Positions 14,120 through 28,000 of a stretch of 64,000 bases of DNA are shown one piece after another. The notes below the pieces were generated by a model. That model saw nothing but the letters and a program-made list of their open reading frames with translations, was not told the DNA's origin and ran no database searches. The translations under genes and the position numbers were made by a program. This DNA is from Paramecium tetraurelia (taxonomy: Eukaryota). Within the stretch, counting starts at the first letter, position 1. Every line of letters starts with the position of its first letter. The DNA lies in the NCBI GenBank assembly GCA_000165425.1, contig CT868033.1, positions 62,001 through 126,000 on the forward strand. The letters are read 5' to 3'.

Positions 14120-15678
14120 ATGAATAAAATTTATAGTTAGTACAATTTAGAACGATTACGACTCTCATAATCTTAATCTGATTCCATCAAACTAGAGAGT
14201 AAGTATCTATGATATATCTAAGGAACTGATTTAAAAAGAGGAGTTGGGAAAAACGCAATAAGAAAAGTTTTTGGAATTGATGAATCAGGCAAACATGAGT
14301 ATGACATTTACGAGAAACAATAACTAGATGCATTCAAAAAATACTTAGAGGATGAAAACGAAATGTAGTCAGATGAGCTTTCTCTGAGATTCTTATATGC
14401 TAATCAATTCGATTTTGATCAGACCATCAAAGTATATAAACCTATAATTAACTAAGCATCTACACTCACATCAGTAATGGGTTAAAAATGCAAATAATTT
14501 TAAGTGGACATTGAACACAGAAGAAATAATAGTAAAGAATTAATTAATAATTTTAAGAAATAAGGAGCTATTTACATAAGTGGTAGAGGATAAGGTTACA
14601 AACCAATTATTGTTGTAAACGCTGATAAATTGGATATTTCAATCTATCCTATTGAAGATATGATGAGAGCCATCTCTATTGTGTTTATGGTTGTAAAGGA
14701 TTATATGCTAGTTTCAGGCAAGGTTGAAAGTTGGTTTGTAATTGTTGAAGCCAAGAACACTACAGCTTATAAGATCCCCTTTAATGTATTTGTATTTCTA
14801 TTGATTGATAGCATTTGAATTAGATTTTCGAAACATTGAAACAAAATTTTCCATGTTATTTAGAACGAATATTCATTTTATAACCTTAGACATCGATTTA
14901 AATCACTTGGCAAATCGTAGAATAGTTTATTCCTTATAATTCTCGACACAAGGTGGAATTCATACATAATGATTATTCTCTATTATTCAATTACATCAAA
15001 CAAAAATAATTAGAGTTTCGACACGGTGGCAGGGCTCCAAATGTATATGACTATTGGCCTCCTCATATTGATGAATTTAATGAAGTCGAATATATGTAGA
15101 AGTAGAAAATGGAAACACAAAAGATTAAAGAGTAAATTAACCTGCTTTAAAAAGTGATGCCTTTTACTTCTGTTATTGATTCTGAGGTTTCCAATTTATT
15201 AAGAAAGCAGTTCAAACCGAAAACCAAGATTTATTAAGAGGAAACCCATTTAAATACAGCAGAATACTTTGCAAATAAAACAGTATCGAAAACAGTCTTA
15301 TTAAATGGGCCTAAAACTGATCGTATGAACTATAATGAGAGTTAAACATCATTGAACTATTAATTGCAATAAAAAGAACTGAATTTATCTCTAGAGTAGA
15401 ATCAAAGATTTATGAATCATAACAATTAATTAAGTACTAACTTTAATGCTCAGTCCTAATAATAGCCAAATGGTATTCCTTTCTAAACTCGATTTGTGAG
15501 TTCTAAAACAAAAATTAATGAGTCTATGGGTTCGCTATTGAATGCAGCTAATCATAATCCCTTATTTTAATCGAGATTTGTTGGAGTAAAGACTTAAAAT
15601 ATAGCATCTAACAAAGATGTTAGTCTCATACTGAACAAGGAAGAATATGTATCAAACCACCACTCTCAATTAATGTGA
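14120..15678 (+). CDS. CRAL-TRIO / Sec14-like lipid-binding protein
   Basis: SDELSLRFLYANQFDFDQT, GAIYISGRGQGYKPIIVVN, QNFPCYLERIFIL, QLEFRHGGRAP. Several short introns and a low-complexity tail. Confidence 0.85.
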
Positions 15679-15859
15679 GATTTGAAAAAGTTAGGAGAAT
15701 ATATTTTAGATTTCTTATTAAATCTTTATTATAAATATGTATATTCTATCAACCTAATAAATAAAGTTAGATGTTTCTACAGCTCCTTATTTGAGGATTC
15801 ATTAAATTCTATTTGTAATTTCGACTTTTATTTTCATATTTATCAATATAAAAAGAAGC

Positions 15860-16343
15860 AGACCTAAATAATTATTTCGATTCATTCTTCGCTTGCCAAT
15901 CCAAATCTGTAGACTTCTTTAATCTAGGACTCCTATATATGGAATTAATATACTAGCTTTAAAGGCTTGGATGAGATGATTGCTGAAGTCTTGAAGTAGC
16001 TTTTTATTGTACAACCCAATTTTATCAATTATTTGTTTTCAATTACTAAAGGGAATCTTTACACAATTCAATGTATTAATAGGAGTTTTCAATAGTTTTC
16101 ATTACTTATAATGGCAGGATTTAATTCATTTGTGATATTGAAGACCTTATTTTCCTTGAACAATTAGTTCTGCAGGATTTCAATCTTTCAATCTAGCATG
16201 CTTGTGTTCTCTAAAATGTATTTCAATACATTCACACATATTAATACATGGTTCTTGATGTATTTGGCAGAGTTCATTTGAATTATAAGTAAATTATTAA
16301 CTCATTTATTAATAATTTCAGGGTATGTTACTTTAATACTCAT
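15860..16343 (-). pseudogene. Probable pseudogene
   Basis: ATG at 16343 with a coding-like stretch (MNSAKYIKNHVLICVNVLKYILEN) and an intron-like GT..AG, but several in-frame TGA codons. Confidence 0.35.
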
Positions 16344-16472
16344 TTTCTAATTGGAGGACAAATAAAAACTGGCTGAATTGGATAACCAAACCTAAATAAA
16401 CTTTTTGTGAGTTCAAATTTGGTTGCTCGAAGATAATTTTAGTATAAGTTTTATAAAATTATAAATTAAATA

Positions 16473-18145
16473 ATGAATTTCAGCTTACCTGATGCTCTTG
16501 CCTTAATTAAAGAGGGGCGGGCCAATGAGGCGGTTGATTAGTTGAATAAATTTATTGAATGCTTGTAGCCTCTGAGTCCTTAGACCTAATTGTTGGGATA
16601 GCAACTTGGAATTGATTGTGACTTTTTCAGGATTGTTAAATTTCAGGATTTTTATGATCCTGATCCGTAGGTTTAGGCTTTACGATTTAAATACTATGCA
16701 TACAAAGTAGCAAGTAATTGTGACAATTTGATACAATAGAATGGGGATATTAGATAATTTAATAAAAAAGAAAAGTGAAACGAAGACATGATTTAATTGA
16801 GAAATCAGAATCGTTAGGTATCTAGAATGAAATAGGAAGAACATTTGGGGTCGATGCGGAGTCAAAGCAATTGGCTGAGTCTCGTTTGCAATCAATATCC
16901 GAGAAATTATAGAAGAAGAAACAGATATTCTAAAAGTAATTGCTCTGCTAATTGGATATTGAAAAGAAACGAACTGACTACAAACTTCAATAGGAGGATA
17001 AGATAGAGAAAGTAAGAAAAGCTTTAAAAACAGATTATGATAACAAAATTGTTGCTGTAAAAGATCATCTAGAGAAAGTCAATGAGAAATTAAAAAATAA
17101 TCACAGAATGAAGAAGAAGATGGAGGATGAATTGATAAACAAAAGAGGTGAATTACTAAAAAATGCTTCCTTGATGTATTATCTTTAATATGATGCATTA
17201 GAGATGAAAAAATAAATAAATTGGAGGAAATGAGGAAGGAATAGATTGAACATATGAAATAGGCAAGATCAATTAAAAAATAAAGGTAGCATTCTTTTCA
17301 AGAGAAATAGAATTAGAAATATGAGGAATATTTGGAGAGGATGAAATAGAAGCTAGATTAGAAAAGTAAGTTGTATCATCTATTTATAAAGGGGTTGTTG
17401 AATTTCATTCTGAAAGTCATAAAGATTTTGGTAAAAGACAAGTTTATGATAATTATGAAAAGAATCTTGAAAATATAATCGTTAAATATTAGAAATCATA
17501 ACCAATAATAAATAGTTTACTCGCCAAATCAATTGAGTAAGTTCAATAAAAAAAGTAAATTGAGATTGAAAAATTTTAAAAAGTGAAATCTAATTAAAAA
17601 TTGCATTTGAGTACTCCAAGAATAGAACCTAGGAAAGCGGATGATGTCTTAGAAAGGAAGGAGAGAAAATTGTAGGAGGAAACTATTTTGAGAAGAGAAA
17701 CTTATTAATAAAGAGTTTTGAATTTTCTTTAAAATCGTTAACAATTATAGAGATTACAATCTCAATAGATTGAGAGATATAATGAATTTTATACTAGATA
17801 GAGTGCGAGATTGAAAAATATGAGGAATTCTCATGAATAAATGAAATCTACTGTAAAGTAAGTATTTCTAATATCTATTTAAGTTTTGCCTTAATGCAAG
17901 CCAATAGGATTGAAGAGTAAACAGCATTAAAGATATCGAGGGCAATTTAATTAATTAATGATCCTGATTTACAGATGTAGTTTAAACCAAATGAAAAATT
18001 AAATACTCAATAGAAGGTAGCAAAGAAAAAATAAGAAGAAATGTAATAATTACTAAAATCATTTGTGACAAGTGAAGTTGATTTGTTAAGATTTTCTAAA
18101 TCTGTAACTGAAGTTAAAAATGAAGAAAATTAATAATAAAAATGA
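16473..18145 (+). CDS. Coiled-coil protein of unknown function
   Basis: Long E/K/Q-rich reading frame in the ciliate code with short GT-AG introns. ATG at 16473, TGA at 18143-18145. Confidence 0.72.
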
Positions 18146-18191
18146 TATCATATTTTATCATTATGATATATATATATTTATTTATTCTACA

Positions 18192-20308
18192 TCATTATTA
18201 TTATTTCTTTAATGTCTCTAAATATTGGTTATGAATCTTGTTTTATTTATCCCATAAATCTTAGACAACCTTTTTCTATTTTTTGGATAATTCATTTCCA
18301 TCCTTATCTTTCACAGGTATACCTTTTTCATCAAACTCAGAGTATTTATCTAATTAAGATATGAACAGATCTTTGGGAGGAACCTTTGCCTTTTCTAATT
18401 TCTCCAACTCCTCTTATTTCTTTTTCTCTTCTTCTTTCTTCTTTAACAATTCCTTTTATTAAATCAATTTTAATTATTGTTCTCTCTCCAATTTCAATTC
18501 CTTAGGATCATATTACTTCCAAATGGATGCCTTATTATAATGCAATCTTATACTTATTCTTTATCTTCAATCTTAATTCCTAACTCAAATAACTCTTCAT
18601 CTCTCAATCTGTCACATAATTAAAACAATTGCTGTTTATTTTTTTCTTAAGAAGCAGCCAACACTAATTATTAGAATTGGTTGATGCAATCTACGATTCC
18701 ATTTGATAAGTTCTTCTCATATTAGAATTGCTTCTAAGAGACAATATTTGAAATTGCCTCAAACTCCCCTTTTCTTGCAGCCAATTTAACTTAATCTCTT
18801 ATGGAGCATACTTCAGCCATTATTGACTTGATGTCTGACGAATTACTATTTTAGGCTTAATAATTGAGTCCAATTAACTATTGTTTTAACTTAAATATTT
18901 ACTCCCAAAATAAAATTGACATATTGAACAACACTAGAAACCAGAGGAGCTCTAACGGTTTTGCCAGCAATTTGTACATTAACTTGGTTAATTAATTTAT
19001 CAATTGCATCAATAACAGTTGGAAAATCAAAATTCTTAAGCAATGCTGCATGGATCACTTATTTTGTATTTCTAAGCAAATTGCTGATTTAAAAGTCGTT
19101 TTATGTCCACTTCTAAGGACCTGTGACCTATGATTCTCTCAAATAAATCTTAGTATTTTAGAAGAATTCTTGATAAGCCTTATCTTTTGATATTGCTTAT
19201 TCAACTTGCTCTTCAGAGTAGTTCATAACTGCATCATATTAATGGATAGCAAAATTTAATCTGATCTATCGTGGAGTATATCTCTTGAGAACTTCATCAA
19301 TGGTGAGGAAGTTCTTAAGAGATTTGGACATCTTACGATCAGCAATATTGAGATGACCAAGATGAATGAAATAATTGATCCATTGATCACAATTGAAACA
19401 TGCTTCAGCTTATGCAAGAGAGTTATCATGATGAGGGAATATTAAATCAATGCCTCCTGCATGTAAATCAATGGGATTTCCCAAAATAGCACTAGCCATC
19501 ACAGAGCATTCAATATGCCATCCTGGTCTACCTTCTCCCCAAGGACTAGGCCATTTAGGTTCTTCTGGCTTGCTTGCCTTCCAAAGGGCAAAATCATTAG
19601 GACTCTTTTTTTCTGATTATTTATTTGCCTATGATTCTCCTTCTCCTTCTTATAATAAATCTGCATTCGTTTCTGGTCTCATTTTAGGATATGTATGCTA
19701 CAGTTTAATTTAAAATTAAAAATACTCCATCAGCCAAATATTTTTGTACATCAAAATACACACTTCCGTTGCTATCATAGGCATATCCATTGGCGATGAT
19801 CTTTTCAATGAATGTAACAATCTCAGGGACATAATCACTGACTCTGGTAATAACATCAGGTAATTCGATATTGAGTGCTTCCATGGCGGAAAAGAAATCT
19901 TTCTCCCAAACCTTTGTAAATTCAAGAAAGTCTTAATTGGCTGATTTTGCTCCATTAATGATCTTGTCATCTATGTCGGTGATATTCATAACACTTAATA
20001 GATCATAATTAAAATAATCTCTTAATGTTCTTCTTATTACATCAATGCCCAAATATGTTCTAAACACATAATTACAATAACATTACCTAGCATGACCCAA
20101 ATGAGAGTTACTGTATACTGTTGGACCACAATAGTAAAAGCTTGCAAATAAAATTGATATCATACTTCACTTATCTTCCATTTATAGGGATGAAGGGGAC
20201 CAATTCACTTCCCTTTAAAGAATTAGCCAATTTCAAGCCGGTCACATATGAGTCTTCTTTAATTGATGGCTGCTTGTAGTGAGCAAATAAATCTTTTTAT
20301 TGTTGCAT
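18192..20308 (-). CDS. CARS: Cysteinyl-tRNA synthetase (cytosolic type)
   Basis: [15 protein letters not shown] (HIGH-like), [42 protein letters not shown] and KMSKSLKNF. Short introns. Confidence 0.97.
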
Positions 20309-20416
20309 AAATTAATTAATGGTTCTTGTTGCAAATTTAATCATTAATCAAAGAATTTAAATTCAATAATAAGAACTTAGTATAATTCATCGATATTTAT
20401 AATATAAGTATTTATA

Positions 20417-20780
20417 ATGAGTCCTCTTTAGGAATAAACATTCTTTGTATAAAATGAAATGGTTTTCCACTTAATCTGGTAGGAACAATACAAAAATCTT
20501 AACTCATGATATCATTATAAAATACTCATGTGATAATAATTCATTTTATTAATTTTATATATTTTTCATCAAGATACAACCTTAATATTGTTAGGGAAAA
20601 ATTGAAAATCAAATAGAATACAAAAGATATTGATGCTTAAATCTTTTTGTTCTACCAGATAACCTCATTTTTGAATGAACTCTACAACAAAGAAATTTTT
20701 GAAAAAAAATTCACATTTCTAATTTGCATTCAAAATAACTATCTCCAATTTGGTTAGCGATGTTCGAGTTTATAAAACGA
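20417..20780 (+). pseudogene. Possible gene remnant
   Basis: A 30-codon ATG-initiated ORF (MSPLQEQTFFVQNEMVFHLIW...) followed by broken coding-like sequence. Confidence 0.2.
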
Positions 20781-20847
20781 ATTTTCTAGACTTAATCAGT
20801 GTTTTATATTTGATATATATATAATATTTATTTATCATAATATTAAA

Positions 20848-22191
20848 ATGTAGAACAGGGATGGCAAAAGGAGATAGTTATCGTTAGCTGTATTCATAGA
20901 GAAACAGCTACGTTTGAATGATACAAAAATAAATTTAAATGGATTTGAACTCTAGAGAAACAATCAGAGAACGTAAGACTTCTTCAAGAATTACATACAG
21001 AAAAGAGATAATGAATTACTTCCCTTTCAAATTAAGAGATATACAGATGAAAGAAAACCTTAAATAATGTAATAGAATTCACAAGACTTTATTGTTGTTG
21101 AATATGTTGAAGGTGGAAAGTTTTTGGATGAAATCGATAGAATAACTATTCACACATTTCGAAAAATATTTTAGCAGTTGATTCACTCTGTTTTTTACCT
21201 CCATGAACGATAAATTTTAGCAAGATGTATCTCATCCTAAAACATTTACATTGATCAATTTGAAGATAAAATATTTTTGTTTGAATTTGGATTCAGCCCA
21301 GCTTGTCCCTGTAATTCAATTTACAAACCAAATCATGATATTAAATTGATAATTGATATTATGAATGATCTCTATTAAAAACGTTCGGGTTCAAATCATG
21401 AGTTTCTTGAGTTCAAAAATAAAATGGATAATTTATAAAGGTAGCTTCCAACAATAAATATAATTGAAAGTTATTTCTAATTATATCAACTTGTTGAAGG
21501 TAGTCCTTCAAATGAAAAATTAAGATAGGTATACACAGAGTAATGGGTTTTTGATATGACAGAAAAAATCAGAAATATCGACTTTGTATAACCAATTCCC
21601 TTAGCCGTATAAGACAATGGTCTTGACTCTGAATTAACAGATGGAGAATAGAAAACTCGACCAGAATTATAAGAACTTGCTATTACAATTTTTGAACAAT
21701 AGTATCCTAATGAACACACTCAAGTAGGATTAATGCTGTTACTTTAGTCTATATTATATTAACAAACTTACCCAATCTAACAAGTTAATCAATCATAAAT
21801 TCAAAAGTAACATTAAAAAATGAATGAAATAAATGATAGAAGAACAAAGATATCTAATAATTATCAAAGTATTTCAGAAGAATTTCGTTATATTATTTAA
21901 CCTAACTTAGAGGAGAAGTAACTTGAACGCTAAAAGGAATTAATAAAGTCTTACTGTTATTATACTTATTATTCAACATATAAATAATTATTTAAAGCTA
22001 AAATGAAAGAATATAAGAATAAAAAAATAATATTATTCACCCTTGAAGAAGCAAGAATATGCTTACTGCTGATTGCGAGCATAGAAAGGTTTAAATCAAT
22101 GGATATAGAAAATATATATAAATCTATGGAAATCTAAGATAAAATCATAAAGAGTTTGGCAATTTTAGAAAAATATAAACCACAAAAATGA
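20848..22191 (+). CDS. Kinase-fold protein, predicted pseudokinase, 447 aa, intronless
   Basis: IVVEYVEGGKF, FQQLIHSVFYLHERQILARCISSQNIYI (HRD replaced by ARC) and LFEFGF (DFG replaced by EFG). Confidence 0.75.
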
Positions 22192-22206
22192 TAGAATGAA
22201 GTTTGA

Positions 22207-22828
22207 TCATTATTAAACTTTCTTATATTATATCTCATTTTTCACAAATACAGGCGTAGGGTCATTCTTTGGATTAAAACTGATTCCATCCAATAAAAAT
22301 AGAAGTGAAATTCCAATAAGCACATTCAATGTTCTTTTTAAATAAAAATTATACGAACCTTCTACTGTCACCTCACATTAAGGATCAGAATCTCTTAATT
22401 TCTGGATAATGTATAAGCTTTATTAATTCATCACATATCCAAGAATCAGACCCTGGCATTATGAGCTATCCCTTGTTAAATGCAATTTGAGTCTATTTTT
22501 TTGAGTGTCATAAGCCAATAAACCTAATTAAGTCCAATCTCTTACCTGATTCAGAATGATAAGACAAATCTTGATCTACAGAATTTAATGGGGTGAAATC
22601 TCCTTCGAAATACATGCATTGCTCTTCTTTGGTCAAAGTGAAATGTTTTTTTTGAAATAAATCTGCTAATAACATATTAGGAATCTAATTTTGTTTGTTG
22701 AGATGAATTGAAATGTTCCCCAAAACCATTTTGTTTTGCATCACTTAAACTCTGTAATTCAATCCTGACTTAGCCGATTCGTGGGTTAATCGTACTGTCT
22801 TTTCGAATTGCTATAAAGCTCTTTTCAT
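22207..22828 (-). CDS. Hypothetical protein with a possible degenerate cyclophilin-like fold
   Basis: Open frame with one 22-nt intron. The pattern LGNISIHL..LSYHSESGLLAY..LILGYV..LYIIQKL..EVTVEGS loosely follows cyclophilin topology without the catalytic motifs. Confidence 0.55.
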
Positions 22829-22846
22829 AAATAAATTATAATATAA

Positions 22847-24905
22847 TCATTTTTTTCTTTAAGAGTCTATAAGAGTAATGGACTTTTTATATGGTATTGC
22901 CAACTTGTCTTACGGTTTCTGATTCGTATGAGAGCTTCTCTAAGTTTCAATGTGATCACCAGCATTTTTAATAAAGATTTTGGGTCGCATAAGCCAAATC
23001 TTATAGACCCAGTTGAAACATTAATCTAAGGAAGACTAATCTTAAGATTTGGAATTCTTATACTTGAGATTCACAAATTACCATACCTAAACATAAAATG
23101 AATTAATTACAAGAAAACCATCCATATTTTAAAATGATTCCTATTAATCCCAACGAGATTCAATTTTCAAAGTGCCTTATTACCATAAATAACAACAACT
23201 CTACCATTTACCATATTCTTTTTCAGCATAATATTTAATAGCAATATGCATCATTTTGCTGAGTTTAATTGTTGTTGTACTGGTTTGAAGAACTTACTCG
23301 TATAATTATTAACCTAAAGTAATTTCAGATCTAAATCTAAAATTTATACACATACCCTGCAACTGAGAACTCGTAATTCAAATCAATATTGTGAGTGATT
23401 GACTTTTCTTAACTTAAAATAAGACTTGTCCTTTTGTTAAGGCTTGCTGTTTGAGATTATTCCAAGCTTTTGTATTAATTTTCAATAGCTCTACACAATT
23501 TAATGGTCTCCAGAATTACGAGATGACTCACTGGGTTTTTGTTGCCTATTCCTAAAATTAATTTTGTTATATTGATTATATCATCATCAGTAGATTTGAT
23601 TAGATCCTTTAGAAAATGGGCTTTATTAAAATCAATCTCTATGTATTGCATAAACAGTTCTGGTCCTGACATATTGGGGTATTGGTATATGTTTTACACT
23701 AGGAATGATAAAAAATCATTAGGAGTAGTCTTCTGGTCTTTGGCTCTAATTTACAAGAGAAATATTAAAGGATTGATAAGTAGATAGTCGTCATTAAATC
23801 CTGGATAATCAAATAGATTTAGTTCTTCATATGAAAATTCACTAAAGGACTTTTAGTCTTTTCGTTTCAGAAGAGTTGCCAAATTCTTTACAGTAGTGCA
23901 AACTGATTTTTGTGAATCCATCATATTTTTTTAAAAGACATTGAATTGGAAATCCATTTCTTTTAAATCCAAGTTAATCTTTCTAATTTCCCCCTACGCT
24001 TTTTCTAAACTATTTAACTCCTCTAGTTTGGTCTCCAATTCAATATACATCTAAAGCCATTTCAAATTCTCTTCCTTGAGATGAAGGTTCTTCTTCTACT
24101 CTACTGCAACTCTCAGTTGATGTCCCTTTACCTTTTGAATGTACTTCTCTCTTAAAGCATCCAAACTAAACTAACAATCCTTTAATTAGGATTCTACAGC
24201 TCCCACTTGAATATCCAGTAAGGCTTTATATCTAGTTTATGACCATTGAGTATTGATATCGAGTAGTATAACCCAAAACTTCCATAATTATTCAATGAAG
24301 ACCGCCAAAGTTTTATCATCTATAATTTTAATTAATGTGATTATAAAGTCATCCATTATATTGATTGCTTTGATGAAAAAATCAAATCTAAAATTATCTG
24401 TAATGTTTCTCTCCTTCTTTTCCTTCATTCCAATTTAATCTTTATCAGCCAAGGATTCATATAAGAACAATTCTTGCATCACATTTTTATCGAGATTTAT
24501 CAGTGTTTCATACATTTTAAAGAGCAAATTGGGATGCTTGTCATAAAGACTCATTCCATGATTCAATTGTTGAGTTTCATAAAAGTTGATGTTGAGATGA
24601 TTAATTACAGTAGGCTCCACTAATTTAATTTCCTTTACGATTTTATCATGGTTGTTGGACATGAAAGATTCTTCTATGTATCTTTAATATATTTGCAAAG
24701 GAATTTTAGATGCAGTCTAGGATTCAATGATTCTACTAGTATTTGTATAGCATTTTCTAGATGAGGATCCGATTTAGGCACTCTTGATCCTCGAACTGGT
24801 TTCTGTGTTTATACGAAGTACGGGCTTTTTGGTTCTATAAACTCTCTCTGTGTATTAACTGGCTAAATTTGTACTCAATGAATATGCTGATTTGGCAGAT
24901 TTCAT
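22847..24905 (-). CDS. Coiled-coil protein of unknown function
   Basis: Long frame from ATG 24905 to TGA 22847 with a central coiled coil and short introns in the 3' part. Confidence 0.7.
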
Positions 24906-25052
24906 ATTATATTTTATATATAAATAATAAGTAACATGCAATAAGAAGGCAGAACACATAATTTAGATACAAAATGAGATCTCCAAATAATAGCCTAAAT
25001 GCAACTAGAAGCCATTTAAATTATTAATATAGTAAACTATTAATAATAAAAA

Positions 25053-28000
25053 ATGAACCCAAAGTTGTCTATGGTATTACCTTTGCCGTAACTAAAACCT
25101 GAAAACAACGATGAATACGAGAATAGAATCACTTTCAGATTGTATATAGAGAAGCTGTTAAATTAAAAAGTGGGGAGGTATGATTGATGTAAAATAGATA
25201 TCTGGAGATAATTTCAGGTATTGCAAGTTTGGCTAGTGTAGGAATATATATAGTCTCAACTTACTTTGATTCAGTGGAATGGCTGGCTACATTAGATATA
25301 GTAGTTTGTTCTTTATATTTGACAGAGTATTTATTGAAATTGTTTGCTGCTCAACACAGATTGCAATACATATTTTCTGACTTCGCCATAATTGAATTGT
25401 TGACTGTGTTTCCTCTTTTCACAATTCAATCTGTAGGAAGTTGGAATTATTTGCAAAGACTGATCAATATATCTCGAATTTTAAGAGTTTTTAGGATTGT
25501 AAGGATGATCAACAAAATATAATCGTTATCAGACACTGAAAATGGAGGAGTGATGAGATAAATATACGTGATATTTTCAACTGTTACAACAATAATCACA
25601 GTGACAGCTGGAGTGTTGTATGCATTCGAATCTCCAAAGAGACAAGAACTAATAGCCAATGATCCAAATAAAGGTTGTTCAAATCAAGTTGACAGATGCA
25701 ACTTTCATGAAATGATATACTTCACTATAGTGACATTGTCGACAGTCGGTTATGGAGATGTAATTCCCTAAAGTGAAGAAGGTCGTGTATGTGTTATAGT
25801 TCTAATTATTATTGTGCTGGTGGTCATACCTAAACAGATGAATGAATTGATTAGATTAATGGGGTTGCAAAGTGTATATGCCAGATCATTCTACAAGCCA
25901 AACCATGAGATTCCTCATATCATAATTTGCGGCTATGTGAGTGTAGCATCTTTGAAGAACTTTTGCAATGAATTGTTCCATCAGGATCACGGAGGCTAAG
26001 ACAAAAATGCTATCATCTTGAAACCCTCAATTCCCAATACAGAGATGGAGGACTTCTTGCACAATGAACGTTACGAAATGTTCCTGATCTATCTGCAAGG
26101 GAATCCTATGATCGAGAGAGACTTGAGAAGAGCTGCTGTGACTTAAGCTAAGGCTTGTGTTATTCTGACCAATAAACAGATTGTTGATAGTCATTCAGCT
26201 GATCACAAGAACATTCTGATTGGGTTGTTGATTAAGAAATTTGTGAATCATCTAACTGGATGCAATATTAGATTGTGTATGCAATTGATCAAACCGGAAA
26301 GTAAGATGCACTATAAATAATCATTGGGAGTTAAATAGATAACTGATTAAATCATAGTAGTCGAAGAATTCAAAATGAATCTGTTGGCCAAATCTTGTTT
26401 TTGTCCTGGCATCATTACCCTATTAGGCAATTTAGTTACATCTGCTGGGGAACAGAAGGAGAGTTTAGATTCCGAATGGCTCACTCAATACACAGATGGC
26501 ATGGGACATGAAATCTATAGGACTGATTTGAGTTCCAAATTTCAAGGCAAAACATTTAGTGAAGTAGCTGCCATTGTATACAATGAATTCTCTGGCATAC
26601 TTTTCGGATTGGAATTAGACTTTGGAAAACAAGCCATCATAACACTCAATCCCGGAGTCTTCGTCATACAAAATCAATACAAAGTTCATGCGTACATCAT
26701 CTGCTAAGATAAGAAAGTGGCAGATCTCGTGGCTACTTATGATATGACAACGGAAGAAATTGCAAACTACCATTTCTCTTTGTCTTAACCCAATTCGGAC
26801 AAGGACAAACTGAATGAAGAAGAAGAGAACTAAGTTGAAGATCTTCTGTTGTCTGGAAAAGATCAATTGGATGATCAATACATCATCGAGTAAGATTACC
26901 TCCTTCTTAATGAACCTGTTTCTTTAATGGATGCCACTTCAATATTCTTATTGGAATAACCTGAGATCAACAATCATATTGTCGTTTGTGGCATCCACCC
27001 TTCAATCTATTATTTTTTGCTCCCCTTAAGAGCCAAGTACTTGAAGGAAATTCAATACGTTGTTATCTTAGCACCTGAAAAACCTACTGATATTTGGGAG
27101 TACATCAATAAATTCCCAAAGGTGAAATTCGTGTAGGGATCTCCCCTGATTTCTGAGGATTTGCAAAGAGCCAGCATTCATTGTGCAGATAAGGCTGTTA
27201 TATTCGCTCAAAGTTCTGATGCTAATAAAACTGAGTCTGAAGATTTCTTAGACTAAATGCATGATGCAGAGAGCATTTTCATTTACAAAGCCATTAAGAA
27301 AATCAATCCTTCAATTCAGATCATGATTGAATTGGTTTCCAGTTCCAATATTTAATTTCTGCTCGACAAGGATTATAAATATCAAAATGATTTCAAATAT
27401 GAATTGGTAAGCATTGTGTTAATTAGACACCTCTATAAGCCTCAGGAGAAGTCTATATTTCTGCCATGATCGACACACTCACCTGCCAGGCTTATTACAA
27501 TCCGCATATCGTCACCATCCTGCAATAAATTCTCACAGGCATGAGACAGTCAAATCCGATAACCAAAGAAATTGTTAAGAACTTAGAAATCAAGGATTCA
27601 AACCTATATCAGGTCCCTGTTCCTGAAGATTATCTAGTAATTAAAGATGTTATTTAGAACAAAACCTTTGGAGAATTATTTAATTACTTATCAATTGAGA
27701 GACACTTGATTCCATTGGGCTTATATCGGTTGGCTAAGGCAGTCGATAATAAGCACCCTTACGTTTACACGAACCCTCCAGCAGAAACGACTCTCACTCC
27801 CAGGGACAAGGTCTTTGTATTAGCACATTAATTACCCGCAGATTTGAGTGGAATACCATTCGATGCCAATTTTGATCAAAAACAGGTCAACAACAAAGAA
27901 GTGGAAAACAACAAGGCTTTGAACTTCCTCCTTGAAAAGTTGAAACAATAAACTTCTTCCTAAAATGGTGCCAATAGAGTAGGTGAGTATTTATACTATA

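Noticed and set aside
24936..24977. Upstream ATG as the BK channel start (would imply a 30-bp divergent promoter)
   Set aside because: An in-frame TGA at 24975-24977 closes it. ATG 25053 is the more plausible start.
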